From Azolla caroliniana (taxonomy: Eukaryota; Plantae; Polypodiophyta), in contig JBHGNT010000009.1 in the NCBI GenBank assembly GCA_043228905.1, positions 21,762,001 through 21,826,000 on the forward strand: DNA of 64,000 nt, written 5' to 3'. The notes below the pieces were generated by a model, which made no database searches, was not told where the DNA came from, and was given only the letters and a program-made list of their open reading frames with translations. A program made the translations under genes and the position numbers. Positions 14,230-27,900 of the stretch are shown piece after piece. Every line of letters starts with the position of its first letter. Positions within the stretch are counted from its first letter, which is position 1.

Positions 14230-16642
14230 ACGTAAGATTCGCATAACACATCAATTTTGAAAGTTCCAGACTTCAAAAGCACCGAGTCACTCATGCAGCC
14301 AATGGGAATTGTAAAAAGAAATGTGTGTGGAAACTTTGTGCACGAGACACAGTCGGCTCGGCTAGACAAGAGAAGAAAGTTAGGAATACATAGACTAAGA
14401 GTGAGAGTGAGAGACAGACTGAGTGACCAGACAACTTAGTACAGACAATTGTGCTCATAGAGCACTTTTTATACAAGCCTTTGACATAGGCTAACTCAAG
14501 TACTGACAAGCACTTGAATGCTCATAACTAAGCATTTGACATTGACTCCCAAACAAATTCCTATTACTATGAATAGGAATATCGACCCTAACGGCATGCT
14601 GGTTCCCCCCCGATCCGTCCTAGCCGATCGACCTTCGTCTGATCTAGCCCATGTTGAGCTTGTCACTCAACACTCCCCCTCAAGTTGAACTTGAGGTCTG
14701 TCATTCATTCGCTCCAGCTAATCTTTCGCTCTAGCTTCTCCTAGCTTCACGCCTCCTTGCTCATACACCATGACCCATCCGATCTCGTTCTCCTTGATTG
14801 GCATGGTTGGTTTGTCTACTACCAAGGTCCTAAATGGCCTTGTTGCCATTACGGAGTTGGCACCCCTCCAACCCATCAGCTTTAGCTTCCCTCTTGTCCG
14901 CTTGGCCTTCATAAGATTGTTGGTTGGTCAGGACGGCCAAGGTGTGAAAGGGCCATAGGGACAAGCGCGGGTCAAAACCAGTACGGGTGGGGCCGGACAG
15001 TTAGCTTAGATGGGAGGAGAAAACATAACGCATGTAAAATAATTAGACAAAGTAGTTGTGGTTTTACATTCTTGACGTCACCCACAATGCTCCCTATAAA
15101 AAGGAACATTAAGCCTTGTAAAAACTTTATCGGTGGTATCGACTCAATCATCTAATAGAATCTTTGTTTGCTTATACTCTCTGTCTACAATGTAAGCGAC
15201 TCTGTTCTAAATTTTGCATTGCATTTAACTAGTCGGATATAGTCGGCTCAGATATTGTGTTAAGCACATACTACAATCCGATCAGGTATAGTTCTGTGCG
15301 AAAGTATCCCTATATACCTCTACGTGTAGCGTTGTACTGTCGTGTGCAACCCATCAATGTTTCCTATCCCTCGACCACAATACCTTGATCTAGATACCAA
15401 AGGAGTGAATATCCGACCCCATGTTCAACTACGGGTATAACAATAGTTCGGCTTGTCTTAATCTTTCCTCTTGACCCAATCATTAGTTTCCGATTCGTTT
15501 ACTTCGTTAATCGAATCAGTTGTCTTAGTTGGATCTAGCTTTGGCTCTCTCTTTCGGTCACTCCCCTTGCAACTGGCTAATCTACACTTGTCCCATCCGC
15601 CCTTGGCTTTCTCAGTCCTCTCAGGCATTTCAGCTTCTTTATCCTTCCCAAAATCAAATTCCATATCAGATTCGGCTTCTCGGACTTCAACTCTTTCTCT
15701 CTCGTCCTCGCTACTGCTTTCACTTCTCCCCCACAAGTTCGGCATGTCGAGGTGTTGTAAGCCAATCATACTCATAAAATGCCATAACTTGTCCATCGAA
15801 ATGTAAACAAGTTCCACTTCACCCAAGAGATTGCGTTCACGAACAAAATGATAATGTACCTCAAGATGCTTTGTCTAGGCATGGAAGATAGGGTTCTTGG
15901 CTAGTTCAATATTGCTAAGGTTTTTGTTGATCCTTCAATAGCGTCTTATGCCGTCTAGCTTCGCACGTAGCGACAACTATTCATCGATTCTCGGCCTGAG
16001 TGCTCGAAAACAGTATTGTCAAGTACTTCCTGCTGCACTAGGAAATCACAGCACTCCCTAAGGAGAACAGATACCCCGATGCCAATCGAGGATCATAGAA
16101 ATTTCCTTCCTAGTTGGTATCCAGGTAGTTGACCAATTGTCCGACTACACTGATCTGAGATAGTATCGCCCTATCCTTCATGCCGCTCGCATATCTCAAT
16201 ATCCTTTGTGCACACTGAAGGTGTTCGATGGGAGGCGGTGACATAAATTGACTAATCTGTCCAACTGGATAGCTCAAGTCTAGCTGGGTGATAGTCAAAT
16301 ATTTGAGGCTTCCGAAAATCTGTCTGAACCATTTCGCGTCACACACCGTTCCCGATCCTTGGCAAAGCTTGACATTTTGGTCCAAAGAAGTTGCGATAGA
16401 AGACAATTAGGAATACACAGAAGAAAATTAGGAATACACAGAGTGAGAATGAGAGCGGGAAAGAGACTTAGTGAGTAGACAACAAAACATTCTATTGAAA
16501 AAAATAACACTCAGTACAGAAAAATGTGCTCACCAACCTTGCTCCCTATAAAAAAGGACATGGAGCCTTGTAAAAACTTTATCAGTTGTATTGAGCCAGT
16601 CATCTATTAGAATCTTTGTTTGCTTATACTCTTTCTCTATGG

Positions 16643-17190
16643 TGTCGTGGATTTACACGTGTGCGTGTGATACAAAGGCGGGACCACAAAGGCCTCGGAC
16701 CAAGGAGCACAACAAGAGAAATAAGAGGAACGACACAAGATTATTAACAAGATAGGTACCAATGATTAATTAGGGAAACAAGTCATTACAACCGCCTCAG
16801 TCGGGGCTGAGCTATGAGCTCGGCAAACAACGCACACACCCACACACCAAGATACTACATGGAACCTCCGACGGGAGCACGTGGCTTCCTACGCAAGCAG
16901 AGGCGTCTGTGCTAACAAGACGAAGGAGAAGGCAGAGAGTGGGTGCTCGGTTCCCAGTCTGACAGCACTTCGTTCTCCCTAAACGCGCGATCCCCACTCA
17001 GTCCTCTCTCCCCTCTTTTCTGGACCCCCCCCACCCGTATTCGTCCTATTAAAGTTTCCTACTTCACGCCAACCTAGGCTATTCCTAGGTTATTTACAAG
17101 CATAGTTTATAATTTGCGTGCATCCGTGCACGCTGCGGCTCACATGCCTTAGGTCTTCGTTTCTTCTTGTAGCTGGTTTTCCCCACGACA
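16643..17190 (-). mobile_element. Solo LTR, TGTCG family
   Basis: TGTCG...CGACA termini; TSD ATGG/ACGG (a CpG-to-TpG change); family U5 motif GGCGGGACCAC near the left end; the interrupted host matches 15170-15230. Confidence 0.85.
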
Positions 17191-18107
17191 ACGGTCTAAG
17201 TGACTCTGTTCTAAATTGTGGATTGTATTTAACCATTTGGTTATAGCCGGCTAATCTACACTTACCTATTTTTTTTCACTTCTCTTCTCGTCCCATCGGC
17301 CCTCAACTTTTTCAATTGTCCCGAGCATTTCAGCTTCTTTAGCTGTCCCAAAATCGAATTTCACATCTGATTCGGCTTCTCCCCCTCATGTCTCGCATGT
17401 GGAGCATACTCGAAAAATGCCATAACTTGTCCGTCAAAACATAAACAACTTCCACTTCACCCAAGAGAATGCGTTCACAAACAAAATGATAATGTAACTC
17501 AATATGCTTTGTCTGGGTGTGGAAGACAGGGTTCTTGGCTAGTTGAATATTGTTGTGGTTGTCGTTGATCCTTCGATAGCCTTTTAAGCTGTCTGGCTTC
17601 GCACGTAGTGACAATTGTTCCTCGATACTCAACCTCAGTGCTCAACAATGCTATTGTCACTTGCTTCTTGTTGCACTAGGCAATTGCTGCACTCCCTAAG
17701 GAGAATGCACACCTTGATGTCGATCGGTAATTGCCGAATACATATCTCAAGATCCTTTGCACACATTGAAGGTGTTCGATGGAAGGGTGTGACATAAATT
17801 GACTAATTTGTCCAATCGGATAGCTCAAGTTCGACCGGGTGATAGTCAAATATATGAGGCTCCCGATAATCTGTCAGAACCATGTCGCGTCGCACGCCGT
17901 TCTTGATCCTTGCCAAAGCTTGACATTTTGGTCCAAAGAAGTTGCGATAGAAAACAATTAGGAATACATAGACGAAAATTAGGAATACCCAAAGTGAGAA
18001 TGAGAGTGAGAGAGAGACTGAGTGAGCAAACAACAAAACTTTCTATTGCAAAAATAACACTCTGGACAGACAACTGTGCTCACAAAGCACTTTTTATCCA
18101 AGCCTTT

Positions 18108-18566
18108 TGTTATGAGCGTGACCATATAATATCGCGTGGTAAGATTATACCGTAGTATTCTATACACGTGGATAAAGTGTGAGGGTTAAACGAGAGTGTA
18201 AAGAAGGGAATGATTACTTTTAATCCTTGGGATTGAGACAACCCATTAAGGCCAAGTGCGAACTTGCTTGAGGACCTTAGGTCTGGCTATAAATATGAGG
18301 CCTAGCTACCCTCATTTGAGATCTCTTGACTACGTCGAGATTCCGACCTTGTGGTGGATCAACTCTTGTAGCGAGCGCACTAGTACTAGGTACGACTCGA
18401 CGCCATGACGGTGGTATGCGATGCCGATCGAGGCTCGAGTCCGTCTCGATTCCTTCGCTTGGGGGTGGTCGGGTGGATCGACACCCTTCCTTCTCTCTCT
18501 CTCCTTTCTTATTTTTCTATATATTATTTCCTTATCTCATGCTTAAATAAGGATCTAGCTCTAACA
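18108..18566. mobile_element. Solo LTR of a different family with a 5-bp TSD
   Basis: TGTTA...TAACA termini; flanks CCTTT/CTTTT; empty site AAGCCTTTGACATAGG seen at ~14475; TATAAAT at ~18288. Confidence 0.75.
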
Positions 18567-19915
18567 CTTTTGACATAGGATGACTCAAGTACTTGTCACA
18601 ACTTGAGTGCTCATAGTTGAGCATCTAACAATGACTCCCAAAAATATTCCTATTACTATGAATAGGAATATCGGCCCTAATGGCTTGTCGGCACCCCACT
18701 GATCCGGCTTCTGGCTTCTTCAGCCGATCGGCCTTCGTCTGATCCGGCTCTCGGCTTCTTAAACCAATCCCGCCAATGTTGAGCTTGTCATTCAACAAGG
18801 AATGTCGTAATAACTTTCTAGGGACATTGTTTTCCTTAAAGTTTGTACTACCACAAATGTGATAAATGGTAGATCTTTCATCCTCACATCTAAAAATCAT
18901 ACAATTATTTTAACACACATGGATTTCCTTGTCATCGAAGCCAAGCTTGGAGATCATCTTCTTAGCTTCCTCCTTGATGGGGGGTGGTATAAAGAAGTGG
19001 AGACAATGTTCATCCACTTGAGTCTAAATCTAAATTGGACATAAGATAGACAATTGAATTAGAACCAATCTAACATATGTTTTCAATTTGCCTAATAGGA
19101 GGATTGCAAAGTCGGGACCAAATATCACAAGGACATCGTTTTGTAGATGAAAGATTGTGGGCACTCACATATGGTAGGTGACCGAAAAATAGTTGTGTAC
19201 AAAGGCTACAAATATTTGACAGATATGTATCCCCCATTGTTTCTAAAGTGTAATTACAGGCTCAATCTTTTTACTATTGTCTCTTTCTCTATTAAGATGT
19301 AATCTCTTACTTGGTCTTATAGGCCATTTTGGCCTCTTAAAAGACGTTAATATTTCTTTCTTTCTTTCTTTCTATTAAACAATTTTCTAACAACTTTCGG
19401 GCTTTAAAATGTTCAAGAAAAATTCAGGAACCGAGGATGTTCTCGAGGTTGAAATTTACCAACGGAAAAGTGAAGTGAATCTTCCACATCCAACCGATGA
19501 TTCAAAAAGACAAGAGGCGATCAATTCTCCAACCGATGATCCTATGAGACAAGAGTCTATCAATTCCTCATTGGATAGAGATGAGGAATCATCACAATAG
19601 TGACCACTAGTTCATGTATTTTTTATTGTCCAAATTATTGATCACCTGTTTATGTATGTATGTATGTATATACATACATACATACATACATACATATGTA
19701 TATATATATATTAATATATATATAATCGGACATTATCAATCGTCAATTAACTGTAGATTATATATAAAACAAACGTTCCTCAATGGGTGATTATAACGCT
19801 CCATATGTCCTTTTTGTCCTACCCTTTCTGTCTTCTTTCTTCTTCGCCTAGTTATTGCCACCAAGACGAAAACCTTTGTAGTGGGTTTGATCAGCAGCTA
19901 TTTCATCCTATGCAT

Positions 19916-19947
<32 letters not shown>

Positions 19948-20223
19948 GCGTTGACATTCATGCATTATATGGAAGAGTGAATTTACCATTGTTTATATAT
20001 GCCTCTATATATATAAATTATATATGCAGTGCTTTGACATTCATCCATGACATGCCATCGTCAATCGATCATTGACTATACACAAACAAAACGTTCCTCA
20101 ATAAGTGATTATACAACTGCGCATGTCCACATACACTGACCTATATATATATGTATATATATATGTATGTATATACATGTAGTTCGATGACCACAACATA
20201 GGGTAGAAGATAATCAAAGAGTA

Positions 20224-21794
20224 ATGGAATCATATTACATCTTTAGTACCATTTGTGTAGCTTCTTTAGGATTTCTCATGGTGCATCTATGTCTTCCTCT
20301 CAAGGAAACCAGTGTATCAATATTTCGCCGATCTCGCACACAAATATGGGCCCATCGTCTCGCTCCGCCTCGGATCGCTCCCCTCATTGTCGTCTCGAAT
20401 CCGCAACACCCATGACAAGACGTTCGCCAACCGCCCCGTATTCACAAGCTCTCGACTCCTCACTGGTATAGAGGGAGAGAGAGCAGTTACCCTCCTCCCA
20501 TATGGCGAGGAATGGCGGCAAGGCCGGAAGCTTTATAGTGCCCACCTCCTTTCGGCCCACCGAATCCATCAGTTCCAATCCGACACCATTTCGGACGAGA
20601 TCCACCACGTCATTTCCGTCAAACTCCGGACGGTCGGCAATGCATTATATGTCAACCTCACTGACTGCTTCGACAGCCTCCTCGAGAATATTGTGTGCCG
20701 TATTATCCTTCAGCAGCCCCCCTCTGAAATCATGATGCATGGAGAAGGCTGTTCGACGGCTAGTTCGCTCCGGCTTTCTCAGCTGATGCGAGAAGCTGGC
20801 CAGCTTCTTACCATTCCTCTACTGAGTGACTTTGTGCCTTGGCTTGGCTTTGTGGATTGGAGAGCCAAGACGGCCATGAAGAAATGGAGGTCATCCTATA
20901 GTGCCCTAATGGACCAGGTTCTTGCTACACGTCGTGAGAAGAAGGCGGCCAACATGTGGGGAGATGTCGATGTGCCGAGAGATATTCTGGACGTGCTTTT
21001 GTCACCGGAGCACAATTTCAGCAGTGGCATGATCAAAACCTACATTTTGGTAGAGTACTACTCTCTGATTGATTGATAGATAGATAGATCAACATTTACT
21101 TCATTTCTACTATATATTATTGATAGGTCAACAATTACTACTATTATACATACCACAGGAGTTGCTCGGAGCTGCGATTCAATCATCGAGCACCACATTA
21201 GATTGGGCTATGTGGGAATTGCTGTCGAATCGACATGTCCTAGCGAAGCTCCGAGCAGAGCTGGATGAAGCGGTGGGATTCGAACGATGCGTTGACAGTT
21301 CCGACATTGTGCGCCTACCCTACCTCCAAGCTGTAGTGAAGGAAACATTCTGAAAACATCCCCTGGGCCCCTTGCTCATTCCCCGAATATCCTCCACGAG
21401 CTCTAATGTGGGGGGTTATACAATACCGAAAGGGACAAGGCTGTTTGTGAATACCTGGGCTATAGGCCATGACCCAGAGGTGTGGAAAGACCCCGAGGTG
21501 TTCATGCCGGAAAGATTTCTGGCAGTGCCGGAAGGCGAGGAGGGCTGGGTGGATTTGAAGAGGCATCACTTCAAGCTTCTACCGTTCGGGGCCGGGAGAA
21601 GGATGTGTCCGGGAATGGAGCTGGGCATGGCCATTGTGCAGCTGGCTCTGGCAAGGCTTGTCCACAGTTTGGAGTGGGAGCTTCCTCCTGGGCAGGATTG
21701 TGTGGACATGTCGGACACCCTTGGAATAATCAGCCAACGTTTGCATCCTTTGCTTGTTCTCCCTCCAAGACCAAGACTGCCTTATTCTATATGA
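20224..21794 (+). pseudogene. CYP71-clan (A-type) cytochrome P450 pseudogene, 2 exons (intron 21050-21158)
   Basis: KYGPIVSLRLGS, HDKTFANRP, PYGEEWR, conserved phase-0 GT..AG intron, PERF, FGAGRRMCPG. The ExxR Arg is TGA (21351-21353); frameshifts/deletions at ~20300-20410; the Pro-rich hinge is missing. Confidence 0.88.
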
Positions 21795-22801
21795 GAAGGC
21801 ATTGACAAAGCCCATGAATGAGAATTTGCATCATTGCATTGTGATCTCTAAATAATATAGGCATGGAATCTCTAGTAAATAGCACCACCACAACGCATGC
21901 CTCTTCGTTTCAAATCAGAATAAAAACATGCATATGTACCATAAGTGTTGTAACTCTTGAATCAAGCAACACAGTTCTCGGTAGCCTTGCCACTAGAAAT
22001 TGACTTTTGGAGTCCAGAGTCTAGATTATCTCTTACATGTCTGTTTATTTATAAGCTTACTAACTGTATGCAGCTCCACATTTTTGCATTGGCGTGTTGG
22101 ATATGGCTAATAAGTCAAGTGTAAGTCTTGTTAGTGTACATGCAAATGTGTAAAACTCTTATGGGTCTTAAAAAGTGATGGAAAGCTATGTGCTCACATT
22201 TGAAATTCGACAATGACATAGGAGTGACCTATAGCATGCGATAGTAGTGAGGGCGTCGGCAATGATAAAAGTGCCAACAATAAAGTGCGGCGGAAGCATG
22301 CTCGTAGATTTCCTTCTTCCTCTCTTTTCATAGGAGTTCCCATGAAGGCACTCTTCGTTGAATTTTTCCACGAAGGTTCTTGGCCTTCGTGGATTGAATC
22401 CAAGAAAGTAATGGTCGAATACACACAAGGAATTGGACCTTCTTGTATTCAATTCCACGAACAGATTGGGCCTTCGTGGATTCAATTCCAAAATTCCTTG
22501 GGCTCGTGGAGAAATGTATGTTCACTCACAATCCTCACTCCTGCACATTTCTTGAGTTTTCGTTGTCATCTTCCTGATACGTTTCAACATGAATGTGGTA
22601 TTGGTGGATGAGACGCATAGATCCCCAAACTCCGTGTTGCCACTAATGAAAAACATGCAATTTGCAACCAAAAACATGTAGCTAACTATGTCATCCACTA
22701 CATCGTTCCCATACTATCCGTATGTGACATAATTAATAACGAGCATTAGGTATCACGGTGCGACATATCTTATAGCCTCGCAAAATGAAGCCTTGCAATG
22801 G

Positions 22802-22804
<3 letters not shown>

Positions 22805-22841
<37 letters not shown>
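22805..22841. repeat. (TA)n microsatellite
   Basis: Direct observation; further TA/TACA tracts at 19650-19723, 19915-19947 and 20142-20175. Confidence 0.9.
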
Positions 22842-22846
<5 letters not shown>

Positions 22847-23134
22847 TAATATTAGAAGAACATAAAACTATATTATGATAATTGAAGTGGAATATAAATA
22901 TTCCCAAAATGCCCGTCTTATGAAAATGTTTTGGAACTACCATCTTTCATTATATATATTGGGGTGTGCATCTGTTTCTTTGTGCCACTCTTTTATTTCG
23001 CGTTCACCAAAGATGTCGGAGAAATCCGCGGCTTGCCGGTCGGCTCGGGCAGGATCGCCAAGGGTGAAGGTCTTGTATTTATGGGTTTTGGCCCATCGGC
23101 TATCGTCCGGGTTGTCCATAGGATTCACGACCAT

Positions 23135-23470
23135 AGTGTGAAAACCGGGGAAGATGATGATATCGGTGGAGTGCACCATGTGCACTCCCTCTTGTAAAGA
23201 TTGTACAAAGATAGTGGGTGCCTTTAAGGCGCCGAATAGGAATGATAGTCGGGCAAGATATCCCTCGAAGTGGGGGGGGGTATTTATCCCACATTGTAAT
23301 GTCCTTCCCTGCTTGGACTATAAAAGGAGGTAGGGGTCTCTTGTAAAGGGGTAGCCCATTTTGAATTAGGAGAGTATATCGTTAGATTTAAGGCTTAAAA
23401 GTTTTCTCTTATTCTTATTTTCTTAGGGTTTCTACTTTGGTCTCCTTCACCCTATTTCATTTTAGGGTTT
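23135..23470 (+). mobile_element. Degenerate LTR fragment related to LTR 24904-25654
   Basis: Shared blocks GGCGCCGAA, TCCCACATTGTAA, CTATAAAAGGA and GCCCATTTT in the same order. Confidence 0.6.
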
Positions 23471-23699
23471 CATTTTTGGTCTTCTTCTTCTTTGTCTTAT
23501 GGGTTTGATTCTTTCTTCTTGACTGGAGGTTTAGTAGTTGATCAAGCAAGCTCAACCGTATCCGGATCGGCTGAACAAGCCAGAGCCGTATCGGTATCCA
23601 GAACCAGGAGCCAAATCGGTGAGCCGGATTCAAATGTGAATCGGAAGGCAAGAAGTAGCCTAAACTCCTAGACTACTAGGTAGTCAGAGTCCTCATAGT

Positions 23700-24903
23700 T
23701 AGTGTCAGTTGTTCGTATGAGCATTGAAGTACATAGTACTTATGTCAATTCTTTTGAGGACTTGTATAAATAGTGTTGTTTAACACGTTGTATAGGGATT
23801 TTTTAGAGAGTGATGCAGTGTGTTATTTTTTTAATAGAGTTTATGGTATGCTCTCTCTCTCTCTCTCTCTCCCGTGTATGCTAAATACTCTCAAGCTTCC
23901 ATTGAACCTATTTTTCTATTTTTTGTTGCTACCCGACTAAACCGGTTTTGTCAAGCTTCCACATACTAACTTTCACATGGTATCAGAGTGCGAGGGTTGA
24001 GACTCCTCTGCAGCCGACAAACACTTTTGAAGACAAACCCTAACACCCGGTGAAGAACAGTAAAGAACCGAAATGGACAGAGGTATGGCAAGTTCGCTTC
24101 CCACAGAAAAACTCGACCGGAGCTACTATGCATCCTGATCATATAAAATGCACCAGTACCTGCTCATCCATGGATATTGGAGCTATGTGGAAGGAACCAA
24201 CGAGGTAGCACCAAAGCTGGCAGACAAAGAGTTTTGGGCATGGGAGCAAGGAGCGAGCCGAGTATTGTACTACCTCGCGTTCGGGGGTGTGCACGATCAG
24301 ATGCTCGGTTACATCAAGGATGCAAAAACACCAAAGGAGGCTTGGGAAAATCTAAGGAAGATTTTCGCGACCAGTACCACAGCTCATAAGTTGTAGCTTT
24401 GGCTAGAGCTGAACAACATCCGGCAGAGAGATATGTCGGTCACAGACTACACCACCAAGATTAAGGAGATCTGCGATGCACTCGGATCTATCAACGTAAA
24501 GGTGGAAGAAGACGAGATGGTCTAGATTTGTCTTGGTGGTCTAGCACAACGGTACGAGCCAATCCAGACGACAATTTGCACCCGGGAGAAGACACTGTCC
24601 TTCTTCGACTTACAATCCATGTTGATGGTCGAAGAAAACCACGCGCATGGGTTGAGGACCACTCAATCGGATATCCGGATGTTGTACACGGAGACGGATT
24701 GACCCCGTGGGCGTGGAGAATAAGGTGGGTCGGCACGCAATGGAGTGGTTGGCAAGAGAAGAACCGAAGGCACGGAGATGGTACCAACAGTAGTTCCGGA
24801 CCCTCCACAAGCAGGGGGAGTCAAGTTGGAGCCGGAAACCGGCAGTCAAAAACCGACACGAAATGCTATTACTATGGCAAGAAAAGCCACAAAGAGAGCA
24901 CGT
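23700..24903 (+). mobile_element. Ty1/Copia 5' end: LTR end (23977), Met PBS, decayed gag
   Basis: TTTCACA|TGGTATCAGAG at 23978-23988; gag MHQYLLIHGYWSYVEG...TPKEAWENLRKIF; zinc knuckle cut at 24903 by an insertion. Confidence 0.85.
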
Positions 24904-27900
24904 TGTTGTGAAGAATTTCGGCCAGAGGCGAAAACCGGGAAACATTGGCTACATCGGCGGGGTGCAGCGTGTGTACGCACCCATGTACATTTAGTGTGAA
25001 TATCGAGGGCGTCTTTATGGCGCCGAAGAGTAGTCAAGTCGGGACAGACGATCCCATGAAAGTCGGGATTTGTCCCACATTGTAACGCATCCCTCTCCTT
25101 GTTCTATAAAAGGAAGGGAACGCCCTTTGTGGAGGGGTTGCCCATTTTTGCATTAGAGGGTATACCGCTAGGTTTAGGGTTAGGCTTCTTCTTTTTCTTC
25201 TTCTTCTCCTCCGTGTTCGCTTAGGGTTTGCTTCAGCTCATCTCCTGCGCAAGACCCCGCTCGGCGCGACGAGCCCGTGAGCTCCCCGACGGCGGCTTGG
25301 CAGCAAACGACTATTGTAACCTACCTCAGTCCGGCTCGAAACCGGGAATGTATTCTTCTGTTTATACATATATATATATATATTTGCGTCTGTCTGTGTA
25401 TATTCGCGTCTATGTTCGTGTCAGGTGTTCCCCCTTCCCTGCGTTTCCTGTACATGAGGGCACGAGGCGGATCAGCATGTGTGTGTGTGCGTGAGTCGGT
25501 GTTAAGCGCTCTCTCTCTCTCTCCTCGGTTGCTTCCGGTGTGCTTCTGAGATGCCCCGGGAACGGTGAAGCCCAACTTCCTACGCTCCAATACTCCCTAG
25601 TCCAAGACCCCCGTGGTCCCGCCCTTCTACACGCACACGCGTAATAACGCGACATATTTTGTGAACCCGACGTGAAGGGCGGCAAGGGAGCATGGAGATG
25701 GAAGAAGACTTCGACTTTGCGGAGATAGTGGCCGAAGTGGTGTTGGAGTCGGCACGAGTGGTGATGACGCGAGAAGCGGCGCAACAGGCGGTTGAGCGAG
25801 TGGTCGAAAGAGTCGGCCGTTTCAACGGGGACAAGGTCCCATCTTACTTGGAAGCCTACAACGCGGAAATGGAGGAGCGTGGCGTAGACGAGGCGTAGAG
25901 GCTGGAGTTCTTCTGTCGGGTCGTGGCTATCCGGATGCATGCAAAAATAAAGGAGCTTTGTGCGGCTCATAGTTCGTGGGAGGCCTTCGAAGAGGCGCTC
26001 CTCAAGGCATACGAATGACGGCGGAAGAGCCGGGGACGACACGACTTCGACCAGTGGGTAGCATCGGCAAAGGCCCACCGAAGTGCGACGAAGGCGTTCT
26101 GGGAGTTCAAGCGACGACTTGCTCGGCTCCCAGAGCGGGAACAAGGTTCGGTGGGGGCGGACAAAGTCCTTTTGTTTGTCAAGTCGATTGACCGAGCGGA
26201 ACGGGAAGCCATCGAGATTGAGCTCGAAGACGATGATAGAGCGAATGGGCTTACGGAGGACTGGGCGAAGGTCGGAAGGGTGTGCCAATGGCTAGACAAC
26301 GAGCGAGCTGAGAAGGCTAAGAGGAAGGTACACGACGGCGTGCCATCACAGCGGGAAGAGGCCAAACGGCAAAGAGAGTCGGCAAGGGTCGGCGTTGGGG
26401 CCAGGATTGCGGAGGCGTACGCAGCGCTCAAAGCGATGCTCGAGGAAGAGGGAGGATCTAGGCCAGAAGCTGAGACCGAGGAGACGGACTTGCCCCACGC
26501 AACGGCAGAAGATCGGTACGACGTTATCACGGGAGAGGGCGCGGAACGAAACACCCTCTCGACTTGTGGAGATAAAACGGCCAAGGACGAGGCCGAGATA
26601 CAGATCGCGGAACCAGAACGATGGGACCAGCGGTTTCGGGCATGTCAGCCCGAGATCCCGGTCATTGGAGAAGCAAGCCCAGACGGGGCTTGCGCGATCG
26701 GTAAGAAGACGACCGCCGACCACAAAGAGTCGGTGGCTACGGACAAGGGCGCAAAACGGACGGGCGATTCTTTGTGTCTTCCCACACTTGCTCCCGAGAC
26801 GATGGCAGGCGGGCCCGAGTGCCCACATGAGTCCCAAGCGGAGGAAGGCGGCGGCGAAAGGGCGAGAATCTCCGGCGAGACGATACAGGGAAGGAGCGGA
26901 CGAAAGCCCACGGACCCGATTCCGGAGAACTCAGCAATTGGGCCTGTATGCCCATGTAAGACCGAGGAGATGGATGGTGGTACCGAGGAGTCCTGGCACG
27001 ATGCCCGCGAAGACAGATGGGAAACGGCCTGCGAGGAGGCCGAGGACGGACACGGCACGAGGGGATCAGCATTCTGATACGGGTGGAGCGTGATCTGGTC
27101 GTGGATCGTTCGATCGGGGCCGGACTCGGCATGAAAGTGCCGATAAGGAAGGGGGTGCGGGACGAGCCGCCCTCTTTTACATGGGGAGAAAGACCGACCG
27201 GGCGAAGGTCGAGGTTCGGAAAGAGAATGAAAGCCGGTCCTATGGGATTCCTTACACCGATCCCGAGGGCCGGCGTGAGTCCTATAAGAGAGATCGGTGG
27301 CGATAGGAGAACGGGACTCGGCAATCCGGAGAAGGACGAACGGACCCGGACGAGAACCGGGCGGAACGGACTCCCGGATGACCATTCTGGGAGGGAGGAA
27401 GAGAGCGAGGCCTACGAAGAGGCCAACAAGACGGTACGTCGGTACCACGGGAGAGGGTGCGGAGTAAACCGCCCTCTCGGCATGCGGAAAAGGACGACCC
27501 GGGATAGGGTCGGGAAGACAAATCGGCGGCCTACGGAGGATCCTTCACACCGGTTCTAGAGACTTCGGCGGTCGGCAACGCGGTCGACGTAAGACCAAGA
27601 TACTGACGGTGGCGGCAAGGTGAGGAAGGCAAAGGGGCTAAGGATGGAACGTCTACGGAGGATCCTTCACACCAGATCTAGAGACTTCGGCGGTCGGCAA
27701 CGCGGTCGACGTAAGACCAAGATACTGACGGTGGCGGTGAGGTGACGAAGACAATGGGCATAAGGAAGTCCGATCCTATGGGATCCCCACACCGGTTCCG
27801 GAGACACCGGCTGTTCTGCCATCGTGGCAACGTAAGACCGAGAGGGACAGGACGGTGGCGGCGGGAAACGGGACCCGGCTACGCGGAAGATACGAGGAGA

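Larger units (their letters stand above)
14330..18800 (-). mobile_element. Repeated decayed Copia 3'-end modules (RT/RNase H remnants) with nested solo LTRs
   Basis: NIQLAKNPVFHTQTKHIELHYHFV (17339-17632) and a similar copy at ~15800-15920; YLTITQLDLSYPVGQISQFM (16110-16406); recurring blocks at ~14370, 16400 and 17950. Confidence 0.7.

Noticed and set aside
14918-15442. Solo LTR TGTTG...TAACA
   Set aside because: Flanks AAGAT and ATAGT do not form a TSD, so the boundaries are uncertain.
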